Position numbers and translations under genes: made by a program. From positions 1 to 57,902 of IMG/VR virus record IMGVR_UViG_3300028370_000001: 57,902 nucleotides of DNA. One strand, 5' to 3'. Positions within the stretch are counted from its first letter, which is position 1; every line of letters begins with the position of its first letter. The stretch comes from a virus (Duplodnaviria; Caudoviricetes). The notes under the pieces are model-generated. The model worked only from the letters and a program-made list of their open reading frames with translations. It ran no database searches and was not told where the DNA came from. Shown here piece by piece: positions 26,503 to 34,668 of the stretch.

Positions 26503-27500
26503 TCATAACACGAGAACCTAACGTCACTCTTGACAAAGTGAAGTTTGACACAGCTGTGTTGAACAACCCCGATGGCTGGGGTATCTCTGTACCTGACATG
26601 GAGGGACAGCTCTACACTACACGGAGTGTCACTACTGACAAGGAAGAACTCTATGATCTCTTGCACGGAGAGTTCAAGGGTGACCGCCTACTCCTTCACC
26701 TCCGGTACACTACCGCTGGTGACACAGTGTTACGTAACTCTCACCCCTTCCCTGTGCTTGAAATGGGTACGCATGGTGTTGACATGCGTGTAGCACACAA
26801 TGGGACGCTCACTAAGTGGTCTCCTCCCGTTGCTGGGGCAGGTAGCTGGGAGTCTGACACTCGTCGCTTTGTACGAGGCTATGTGCGTCCCCTTATGGAG
26901 CGTATGATTAGGGGGCACTCCAGTGAGGACGTTCTGTCTGACCCCTTCGTCGATACTTTACTCGACAACCAGCTCACCAGTGCGTCTGTCCTTGCGTTCA
27001 TTGATGGGTATGGCAACACAAGCGTCGTTAATGCTAAGGGTAACGGTGGTTTCACTGACGATGAAGGGACCTACTTTAGCAACAAGTACTCCCATGACCC
27101 AGGCCACCGTGTGCCTACCCCTGTGACTCACGGAGGTTCGTACAAGCCTATGGGAAAGAAGACTGGGACGACTACTACTACGGGTCGTCCCGCTACTGGG
27201 ACGAAGGCTACTGTGGCCAAGAAGTACTTCACTGATTGCGTCACTCAATCCTTTATGGAGAAGTATGAGGTGGATGACCCAGCTGATCTTGCTCTAATGT
27301 CGGATGAGACTATCCAAGTACTCGTAGAGGATGAGCCTGAAGATGCTATCCTTCTTATCAAAGAACTCTTGGCTCTGCACTATCGTGAGTGTCGTGCTGT
27401 CACCTCTCTGGTAAACAATGGAGCACTTAAAGATAAGCAGATCAAAGACTTACAAGACAAACTTAATGTAAAGGCGGTGCTCTCATGCCCAACCTCCTAA
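26493..27500 (+). CDS. Class II glutamine amidotransferase
   Basis: N-terminal MC, NPDGWG, HLRYTT, NSHPF, AHNGTL, SDT. Confidence 0.9.
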   Translation: MCLIITREPNVTLDKVKFDTAVLNNPDGWGISVPDMEGQLYTTRSVTTDKEELYDLLHGEFKGDRLLLHLRYTTAGDTVLRNSHPFPVLEMGTHGVDMRVAHNGTLTKWSPPVAGAGSWESDTRRFVRGYVRPLMERMIRGHSSEDVLSDPFVDTLLDNQLTSASVLAFIDGYGNTSVVNAKGNGGFTDDEGTYFSNKYSHDPGHRVPTPVTHGGSYKPMGKKTGTTTTTGRPATGTKATVAKKYFTDCVTQSFMEKYEVDDPADLALMSDETIQVLVEDEPEDAILLIKELLALHYRECRAVTSLVNNGALKDKQIKDLQDKLNVKAVLSCPTS

Positions 27501-28144
27501 CCTTTGAACCTAAGACTAAACCAGAGGAAACAGCTAAGGAATATGCTAACTCTTTCGTTGACTACCTCAATGAAGACGTCTCGTTCTCTAACACACCTGA
27601 CTTGCCTGTCCTACGGTATGCTAAGATCATCCCTGTCTTTATCTGGGATGAACTCAAGACCTACAAAGGTCTAGCCGAGGCAGCAAACATCACACATGAT
27701 ATGCACGAGACAGATCAGTACCTTGTACACAGTAAGCAGAAGTATCTTCCGTTCATCAATGCCGCTGACAAGCCGGGGTCTCATCACGACATGCTCTTGC
27801 CTTCCAGCCCTGAGTGGACTAAGGGTTTCAAGGTTAACCCTATGAAGAACATCCCCACTCGACACTTAGCGGGACGCATCATCCACGTAAACCTTGAGGC
27901 TATCCAGTCTCTCGATCGCTACTACTACAACACTTCTTTCCACGTACGTCACAAGGCTTTGTTCTGCCGCCCTCAAGGTGCGCAAGAAGAGCTGAGTGCT
28001 TGGCTGTACACTGTGCCCACTCGTAACATCACTAAGTACCTTCCTCATGAGAACACCTACGAGATGCTACGGGGCTTCAGACCTAAGCAGTGCTCAAGTA
28101 ACATGGGTGGCCCTTACACAAGTACGCACCAACGTCCAACCTAA
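27485..28144 (+). CDS. Hypothetical protein, possibly degenerate GGCT fold
   Basis: PVFIWDELK, LDRYY..R, AWLY echo the GGCT pattern. Confidence 0.5.
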   Translation: MPNLLTFEPKTKPEETAKEYANSFVDYLNEDVSFSNTPDLPVLRYAKIIPVFIWDELKTYKGLAEAANITHDMHETDQYLVHSKQKYLPFINAADKPGSHHDMLLPSSPEWTKGFKVNPMKNIPTRHLAGRIIHVNLEAIQSLDRYYYNTSFHVRHKALFCRPQGAQEELSAWLYTVPTRNITKYLPHENTYEMLRGFRPKQCSSNMGGPYTSTHQRPT

Positions 28145-28262
28145 GGTATATACTCTAGGCACTATACCCTGAGTGTTATACTCTTCTAAACCTTTAAATA
28201 CTTAGGGTATATACTTAAGGTATAATAAGATAGCAGACTTCTTTTGTAAGTCAAGGAGAAAA
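28139..28262. repeat. AT-rich repeat element C
   Basis: Homologous to element B; leftward TTGACT-N16-TATCTT. Confidence 0.7.
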
Positions 28263-28265
28263 GAT

Positions 28266-28475
28266 ATGTTTCAAGTAGGAGACGAGGTAAGAAACTATTC
28301 CACAATCTACACTGTCGTGGGGGTGGTAGGTAACCGTGTAAGTGTCATTGATGAACAGGGTCAAAACACGGGGGGCACCTTCTCTATGTCTTCGTTTACC
28401 CTAGCCAAACCTAGACTAACAGGTATGACACAGTTCCTCAAAGATACGGAGAAGAAGTATGAAACACTTAGCTAA
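28266..28475 (+). CDS. Small SH3/KOW-like protein, paralog of 22427..22657
   Basis: FQVGDEV; KPRLTGMTQFLKDTE; RBS AAGGAG. Confidence 0.7.
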   Translation: MFQVGDEVRNYSTIYTVVGVVGNRVSVIDEQGQNTGGTFSMSSFTLAKPRLTGMTQFLKDTEKKYETLS

Positions 28476-28674
28476 GGTATACTCTGGTGGCTCAGGTACT
28501 CTTGTCATGGTCGCCCCCTACGACCTGATGTGTGACGCAGTAAACTTCTGTGACATAAACTCTAGAGCAGGAGACAGGTGTGTGGTGAGAGAGGGGTACG
28601 AGTCCTTGACAGGTACCGAAGAGTACACTACTATTGTAACTTGGATAAAAGAAAAGGAGAACAAGTATGTCTGA
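28459..28674 (+). CDS. Hypothetical protein
   Basis: RBS GGAG, overlapping chain. Confidence 0.6.
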   Translation: MKHLAKVYSGGSGTLVMVAPYDLMCDAVNFCDINSRAGDRCVVREGYESLTGTEEYTTIVTWIKEKENKYV

Positions 28675-28855
28675 CATGGAACCTACAAGATTAAACACCT
28701 ACACTATCGAGAGTATAAACCTACGTATCAAGCACGGGGTGACAGCTCAAACACTGCGCGATGAAGGTGTATGGGAGGGGCACATCAGCATGGCTCTGCA
28801 CCTAGCAGACAAACCTTCTGCTGAAGAGCACCTTGCCTACCAAGAGGAGGGCTAA
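28667..28855 (+). CDS. Hypothetical protein
   Basis: RBS AAGGAG. Confidence 0.65.
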   Translation: MSDMEPTRLNTYTIESINLRIKHGVTAQTLRDEGVWEGHISMALHLADKPSAEEHLAYQEEG

Positions 28856-28891
28856 GATGGACGGAGCGTTGACACCCCTCAGTCTAGACGT

Positions 28892-29989
28892 ATGAAGTAT
28901 GTCAAAGAGTACACAGCTAACGGTAAGAAAGTATGGCGGTTCAACTGCCCAAAGGATGTAGCTGCTGCTGGGGTTACCAAGTCTCAGACCTTCGAGGATG
29001 GACGCATAGCTCGCTTTGAGTTACCACGGTTAGTCCTCCTCGTTGGACAGTACCGCAAGGGTGACATCAAGGAAGGCACGGTGGGTGTGCACTCTCTCAT
29101 GGTTCACCTGCTCAACCACTATTTACGTACTGATTACTTCAGGCAGCTGGCTGGTTCCTCTCAGAAACAATACGAGTCTGTCTTAGGATTATGTCTCTCC
29201 ACTAGCGTCGGCAGCAAGACCTTTGGTGACATCAAGGTGACAGAGGTAGACGCTAAGCTATGCCGTGACCTCTACACTAAGTGGACCGAGCAAGGGTCTG
29301 TCTCCACAGCTAACACCAAGGCACGTATCTTGTCAGTGTTGTTGAACTACGCAGTGAGCATTGAGCTACTCGTTAACAACCCAATGGCTAAGGTACGGAA
29401 GCTGAAGCATGAACCTACCACACGTATATGGACACAAGGAGAGGTAGAGAAGTTGCTTGAGGTAGGGTACCAAGGGTTTGCCCTAAGGAACATCGCCCTG
29501 CTAGCTCACATGTGCTATGAGTACGCACAGAGGCCTGTTGATATCTCCCTTCTTACATGGGAGCAGGTAGACTTTGATACTAACTGTATCACTATACGTC
29601 AGACTAAGCGTGGTGCTACTGTCCACCTCCCTATTGAAGAACCACTGTGTACCATGCTGTTAACACAACAAGACGAGTGGGGTTTCCAAAAGTATGTCGT
29701 CCCTCACCAGACGCCAAGAGGTTCAGTGTACCACCCGATGAGCAGAGCAGAGATGAACACACAGTTTGTTACTCTCCGGGACACAGCAGGACTGCACCCC
29801 GATCTACAACTGGGCCTGCTACGTAAGACCGCTATATCGGAGTTGGTTCAGGCTGGAGTTGACGCGGTAGGTATCATGCAAGTTACAGGGCATAAGAGCA
29901 TACAGAGTTTAAACCCCTACATGGTCAACACCTTAAAAGGTTCTTCGTCAGCGTTGTCAGCAAGGACAGGTAGGAAGACACCTAAGTAA
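28892..29989 (+). CDS. int: Tyrosine recombinase/integrase
   Basis: QRPVDI (R), QTKRG (K), LLRKT, VTGHKS..NPY. Confidence 0.85.
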   Translation: MKYVKEYTANGKKVWRFNCPKDVAAAGVTKSQTFEDGRIARFELPRLVLLVGQYRKGDIKEGTVGVHSLMVHLLNHYLRTDYFRQLAGSSQKQYESVLGLCLSTSVGSKTFGDIKVTEVDAKLCRDLYTKWTEQGSVSTANTKARILSVLLNYAVSIELLVNNPMAKVRKLKHEPTTRIWTQGEVEKLLEVGYQGFALRNIALLAHMCYEYAQRPVDISLLTWEQVDFDTNCITIRQTKRGATVHLPIEEPLCTMLLTQQDEWGFQKYVVPHQTPRGSVYHPMSRAEMNTQFVTLRDTAGLHPDLQLGLLRKTAISELVQAGVDAVGIMQVTGHKSIQSLNPYMVNTLKGSSSALSARTGRKTPK

Positions 29990-29991
29990 TC

Positions 29992-30020
29992 TTGACTTTA
30001 TAACAGTCTTACTGTATAAC
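29992..30020 (+). promoter_or_regulatory. Sigma70-like promoter
   Basis: TTGACT-N17-TATAAC. Confidence 0.6.
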
Positions 30021-30049
30021 TAGGGAGACCTACTATATAGGAGAACAGT

Positions 30050-30553
30050 ATGGATAGTAAAGTTTGTCTAACATGTAAAGAAGAGTTACCAGTAGACAGT
30101 TTCTACACACGCAAGTATTCAAAAGACTCAGGCTCAGTTCCCTTTGGGGAGTGTAAGACGTGCGCTAATGTGAGGGCTACTAAAAATAGAAAGAGCAGAC
30201 GTGCTAAAAAACCTAAAGAGTTCTACGAAAAGGAACGTAACTACGGTAAGAAACACTACGCAGCTAACAGAGACGTATACAGGAGCCAAAACCTCAAGTC
30301 ACTTTACGGGATAACACTTGAAGACTGGTACAGAATGTATGAGGAGCAAGACGGTAAGTGTGACATCTGTCAGAAAGACTTCCCTAAGGAAAGACAGAGG
30401 TGTAACTCTAAGTCTCTTGCTGTCGATCACTGCCACGACACAGGTAAGGTTAGGTCTTTACTCTGTGTGAACTGCAACATGGCTATCGGAGGTCTACGAC
30501 ACGATGAAAGTTTAGTTAAGAAAGCTCTTGCGTACTTAGTAAAACATAAATAA
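30050..30553 (+). CDS. Endonuclease VII-like homing endonuclease
   Basis: YGITLE..Q.GKCDIC..LAVDHCHDTGKVRSLLCVNCN. Confidence 0.9.
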   Translation: MDSKVCLTCKEELPVDSFYTRKYSKDSGSVPFGECKTCANVRATKNRKSRRAKKPKEFYEKERNYGKKHYAANRDVYRSQNLKSLYGITLEDWYRMYEEQDGKCDICQKDFPKERQRCNSKSLAVDHCHDTGKVRSLLCVNCNMAIGGLRHDESLVKKALAYLVKHK

Positions 30554-30563
30554 GGAAAGAACT

Positions 30564-30803
30564 ATGGAAATTATCATCTCTATCATCATCATCTGGCTTA
30601 CTCTTGGAGCTTTACATCTGCCTCTAACCAAGTACTGGTGGACAGATGTCCTCGACTACACTAAGGAAGACCAGCGTTTTGTTAGATGGGCTGTCCTTCT
30701 TGGGCCTTTTGCTTTAATATCAGGTATGATTCTTGTCTTACCTCTCTTTTTAAAACCTCGCTTTGAAGACCGCACTATCATTACAAAGCGGAGAACAAAA
30801 TGA
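30564..30803 (+). CDS. Membrane protein (2 TM)
   Basis: Two hydrophobic segments; RBS AAGGA. Confidence 0.65.
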   Translation: MEIIISIIIIWLTLGALHLPLTKYWWTDVLDYTKEDQRFVRWAVLLGPFALISGMILVLPLFLKPRFEDRTIITKRRTK

Positions 30804-30985
30804 CTGACCTTGATAAGAAAAGACTACTGCTCCTTGCCTCAGGGAGTGCCGACCACAAGAGACACTACTCAAAATACTGTGAGTTGTCACGAGAGGGGTT
30901 GACAAGTTGGGCTTTAGGTCATGCGTACCTCACACTGACTGGTCAGCGAGAGTTAGAAAGATTGCAAGGAGAACAAGATGACTAA
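30800..30985 (+). CDS. Hypothetical protein
   Basis: RBS GGAG, ATGA overlap. Confidence 0.6.
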   Translation: MTDLDKKRLLLLASGSADHKRHYSKYCELSREGLTSWALGHAYLTLTGQRELERLQGEQDD

Positions 30986-31394
30986 TGTAAAAGATGAAGC
31001 TCTGGAAGTATTCATGTTAAATAATACAACAGAAGACACACCCTGCCGCAGCCTTATAACAAAAGCATTCAAAGAGGGATGGAAGGCACGTAAGAAATCT
31101 GAGTACGAGGAAACAGAGTACATCCGCAAGGATACCTACGGCGCAGTGGTTGCTGACCTTGAGGAAGTAAGGGAAGAGTTAACCTGGGAATATGACACAG
31201 GTCACCTTATAAGATCAGCCGCAGACCGTATCACCGAACAGGCGGCTGAGATTGAACGGCTGCGCGATGCTTTGAACCGCATCGTTTCAGCGTCTGATTA
31301 TTACTGTAGAGAAAACACCGATCATGAAGCGATGACACTCGCCTATGCCCACAAATCGACAGGACACATCGCCCGCGCCGGTCTCAAGGAGTAA
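30978..31394 (+). CDS. Hypothetical protein
   Basis: RBS AAGGAG; AADRI..EIERLR coiled coil. Confidence 0.65.
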   Translation: MTNVKDEALEVFMLNNTTEDTPCRSLITKAFKEGWKARKKSEYEETEYIRKDTYGAVVADLEEVREELTWEYDTGHLIRSAADRITEQAAEIERLRDALNRIVSASDYYCRENTDHEAMTLAYAHKSTGHIARAGLKE

Positions 31395-31395
31395 T

Positions 31396-33978
31396 ATGAA
31401 ACAAAGCACACCCCCAATTAAGACACACCGTACCTGCCCCTCGTGTGGTGCAGGGGGTAGCTACTCAGTGTGGGCTAACGGTGCTGGCTATTGCCACTCC
31501 TGTGACAAGTCCTCACGAGGCGAAGCTACCCATGAGAAACAAGTAGAACGAAAGGAACCAAGCCCTATGACAACAGACCTAACCCTTAAGTACCACCCTA
31601 TGCGAGGCGTAGATGGTGACGTAGAGAAGTTCTACGGGGTACAGACAGGTATGTCTGAGAGTGGTGACCCAGTCACCAGAGTATACCCTTACCCTCACCG
31701 ACCCAAGACACGTATCCTACCCAAAGACTTCTCTAAGAACTATGGGTTTACCAACGATTACCTCTTTGGTATGGACAAGTTTAACGCAGGTAGCTCTAAG
31801 TACCTGACGATTACTGAAGGGGAGGAAGATGCTCTTGCTGCTTACCAACTGTTAGGCAAGACTTTCCCTGTTGTATCCCTACCTTCTGCTGGTTCAGTCA
31901 AGTCTGTCCTCCAGAATAAAGAAGCATACAACTACATCAAAGCTTTCTCTGCTATCATCCTCGCTACTGATAACGACGAGGCAGGTAACAAGAGTGCAGA
32001 GATTCTCCAACGTGCATTCCCAGGACGGTGCTACCGTGTGAACATGTCTACCCACAAGGATGCCTCGGCATACCTACAGGCTGGTCACGGTTCAGACTTC
32101 AAGTATGCTTGGATCAATCGTCAGAAGTACGTACCTGACAATGTGTTCAACACGACAGACCAGTTCGAGAAGATTATCCGTGACGACAAAGGCTCTATGT
32201 ATATCCCAACAGGTATCAAAGACCTTGACTCACGGTTGCTTGGGCTTATGCAGGGTCACTTTACTGTGTTTACTGCACCAGAGGGCGTTGGCAAGCAACT
32301 ACCGAACACGACCCTTATACCTACACCTACTGGGTTTCAGACTATGGGAGGGTTAAAATTGGGGGATGAGGTTGTAGGTGGTGATGGTAAACCAACTAAA
32401 ATTACGTACATCACGGAGACACAGCACAACGTACCTTGCTTTGAGCTTACGTTTTCTGACGGCACAACGCAGGTAGCTGGTGGCCCACACAGGTGGGGTG
32501 TTGTTAACACTGACGGCAAGTATAAGGTTAAGACTACTGACGAGATTATTGAGGAAGGCGTAACCCGTGGAGACGGTGTAGCATTGTACTCTGTCCCTAT
32601 CTGTCAACCTCTTGTCCTGCCTACTGCTGATCTAGTCCTCGATCCTTACTCATTTGGACTTTGGCTTGGGGATGGAAACTCCTGCAGCCGTGGTATTACA
32701 GTGGGGTACACTGACCGAGAAGTCTTTGAGACTCTTACTGATGTTGAAAGATGTGTAGAGTATCCAGCAGGTGTGACTTACTACTTGAATACACTAAGCC
32801 ATAAAGACCTTGTGTCTGAAGGAGTCTTAAAGAATAAACATATCCCAGAGGACTACCTTCGGGGTTCTATTGAACAACGTACCCGTCTATTGCACGGTAT
32901 GATGGATAGCGACGGGGGCACACAGGGTTCTGGTTGTGAGTTCTATACTTCAAGTGCCCAGCTACGGGATGACTTCCTTGAGCTTGCCCGTAGTCTTGGC
33001 TACAAGTGTCGAGTACGTTCTAAGCAGAGTAAACTGTACGGTGTCCCTAAGAAGATAGCATACACTGTTTGGTTCTTAGCTCACGGTGATCGACCCATCT
33101 TTAAGTATCCCCGTAAACAGGATAAGGTTGTCTACTGTAAGACACGACGAGCAACACACAAGACTATCCGAAGCATTGTACCTGTGGAATCAGTACCTTC
33201 ACGTTGCTTGACAGTTGACAATGAGGATCACTTGTTCCTCTGTGGTGAGGCCTATACTGTGACGCATAACACAGAGCTTATGCGTAAGCTGGAGTATAAC
33301 CTCTTGGCTAACCACCCTACTATTCCTATCGCTATCATGCACCTTGAGGAAACAAAGAAGCGTAGTCTCCTAGGTCTTGCATCATATTTCTTAAACAAAG
33401 ATGTGACACTACAGGACACAGAGACAATCACTAACGATAGGGGTGACGAGGAGATTGTATACCTCCCGAGTTACAAGGGTACCTCAGAGGACGAAGTGCT
33501 ACAGGCTATCAAAGAGTTTACTGATCGTGAAAACTTCTATCAGTTTACCCTAAGTGTAGACGATGACCCTATGTCTATCCTCGAACAGATCAGGTACTTT
33601 GCTGAGGTGTGTGGCTGTCGGTACGTGTTCTTTGAACCTATCCAAGACCTAGCCTACTCACGGCAGAGTGAATCAAGTATCGAGGGATGGCTCAGTGAGC
33701 TGTCTACTAAGCTTGCCCGTCTTGCCACTGAGCTAGGGGTAGGTATCGTGTCTATTGCTCACGAGAATGACGATGGGCAGATACGTGACTGCCGTATGAT
33801 TGGTAAGCGAGCCAGTGTTGTCATCAAGTTAAGCCGTGATAAGCTTGCCGCTGATGAGGAGACTAAGAACACAACACAGCTTCTTGTAGATAAGAACCGA
33901 CCCGTCGGGCCAACAGGCTTCGGAGGTATGCTAGAATTTCACCCCGAATCTTTCACACTTTCAGAAAAGGAATTTTAG
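31396..33978 (+). CDS. T7 gp4-like primase-helicase (intein-containing)
   Basis: Zn finger CPSCG..YCHSC, TOPRIM ITEGEEDA/DNDEAG, Walker A APEGVGK|T, KNR; RBS AAGGAG. Confidence 0.95.
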   Translation: MKQSTPPIKTHRTCPSCGAGGSYSVWANGAGYCHSCDKSSRGEATHEKQVERKEPSPMTTDLTLKYHPMRGVDGDVEKFYGVQTGMSESGDPVTRVYPYPHRPKTRILPKDFSKNYGFTNDYLFGMDKFNAGSSKYLTITEGEEDALAAYQLLGKTFPVVSLPSAGSVKSVLQNKEAYNYIKAFSAIILATDNDEAGNKSAEILQRAFPGRCYRVNMSTHKDASAYLQAGHGSDFKYAWINRQKYVPDNVFNTTDQFEKIIRDDKGSMYIPTGIKDLDSRLLGLMQGHFTVFTAPEGVGKQLPNTTLIPTPTGFQTMGGLKLGDEVVGGDGKPTKITYITETQHNVPCFELTFSDGTTQVAGGPHRWGVVNTDGKYKVKTTDEIIEEGVTRGDGVALYSVPICQPLVLPTADLVLDPYSFGLWLGDGNSCSRGITVGYTDREVFETLTDVERCVEYPAGVTYYLNTLSHKDLVSEGVLKNKHIPEDYLRGSIEQRTRLLHGMMDSDGGTQGSGCEFYTSSAQLRDDFLELARSLGYKCRVRSKQSKLYGVPKKIAYTVWFLAHGDRPIFKYPRKQDKVVYCKTRRATHKTIRSIVPVESVPSRCLTVDNEDHLFLCGEAYTVTHNTELMRKLEYNLLANHPTIPIAIMHLEETKKRSLLGLASYFLNKDVTLQDTETITNDRGDEEIVYLPSYKGTSEDEVLQAIKEFTDRENFYQFTLSVDDDPMSILEQIRYFAEVCGCRYVFFEPIQDLAYSRQSESSIEGWLSELSTKLARLATELGVGIVSIAHENDDGQIRDCRMIGKRASVVIKLSRDKLAADEETKNTTQLLVDKNRPVGPTGFGGMLEFHPESFTLSEKEF
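32296..33270 (+). mobile_element. Class 3 intein (325 aa) with LAGLIDADG endonuclease
   Basis: GK|QLP..HRW..RCLTV..VTHN|T; FGLWLGDG and LHGMMDSDGG motifs. Confidence 0.93.
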
Positions 33979-33979
33979 A

Positions 33980-34510
33980 ATGTGTAAAGAAAGTGTACCT
34001 TCGGAAAAACAACTCTTGCTGATGATTAAAAACTTTAGGTTAGAGGAGGATGGCAAGCTTTACTGGAAAGTATCCCCAGTGCACAACGCAACTGTAGGTT
34101 CTGAAGCAGGTACGTATAGAAAGGGTTACAGGTCTGTTAAGATTAAAGGTACGCAGTTTTACACACACAGAGTAGTGTGGTACTTGAGGTACAGCGAATG
34201 GCCAAGTGACCAGATTGATCACATAAACGGTGTAAAGGATGACAACAGAGTAGAAAATCTAAGAGTGGTGTCGCCGGGTTTAAACCAAAGGTCTTACTGC
34301 AAGCCCAGAGGAGGGTACTCGAAGTACCGAGGAGTTTCTTATCATAAAAGTATGTCTAAGTGGATAGCCCAGGTAAGGTATGAAGGTAAACTCCTATACT
34401 TAGGTGCCTACGACAGCGATAAAAAAGCAGCTCTAAGGTATAACGAAGCCGCCTTAGAACTGGGGTTTAACAAAGAGGCTTTAAACATGCTATCAGAGAA
34501 GGAGTTCTAA
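33980..34510 (+). CDS. HNH homing endonuclease with AP2-like domain
   Basis: HRVVW..IDHINGVKDDNRVENLR; SKYRGVS..YLGAY..AALRYN. Confidence 0.9.
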   Translation: MCKESVPSEKQLLLMIKNFRLEEDGKLYWKVSPVHNATVGSEAGTYRKGYRSVKIKGTQFYTHRVVWYLRYSEWPSDQIDHINGVKDDNRVENLRVVSPGLNQRSYCKPRGGYSKYRGVSYHKSMSKWIAQVRYEGKLLYLGAYDSDKKAALRYNEAALELGFNKEALNMLSEKEF

Positions 34511-34665
34511 TGGACAACTACCCACAGAAACCACCCAGCTTAACCGCCTACCTAAACATTCGTAAAGTAAAATGCTTTGGGTATAAAGTGGGCGACCTCT
34601 CAACGATGACTGTTTACTGGAACCCCACCACGTGTAAACAAGAAATAGGTTTTGTAAAGGAGTAG
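34510..34665 (+). CDS. Hypothetical 51-aa protein
   Basis: TAATG coupling, RBS AAGGAG. Confidence 0.5.
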   Translation: MDNYPQKPPSLTAYLNIRKVKCFGYKVGDLSTMTVYWNPTTCKQEIGFVKE

Positions 34666-34668
34666 GAC

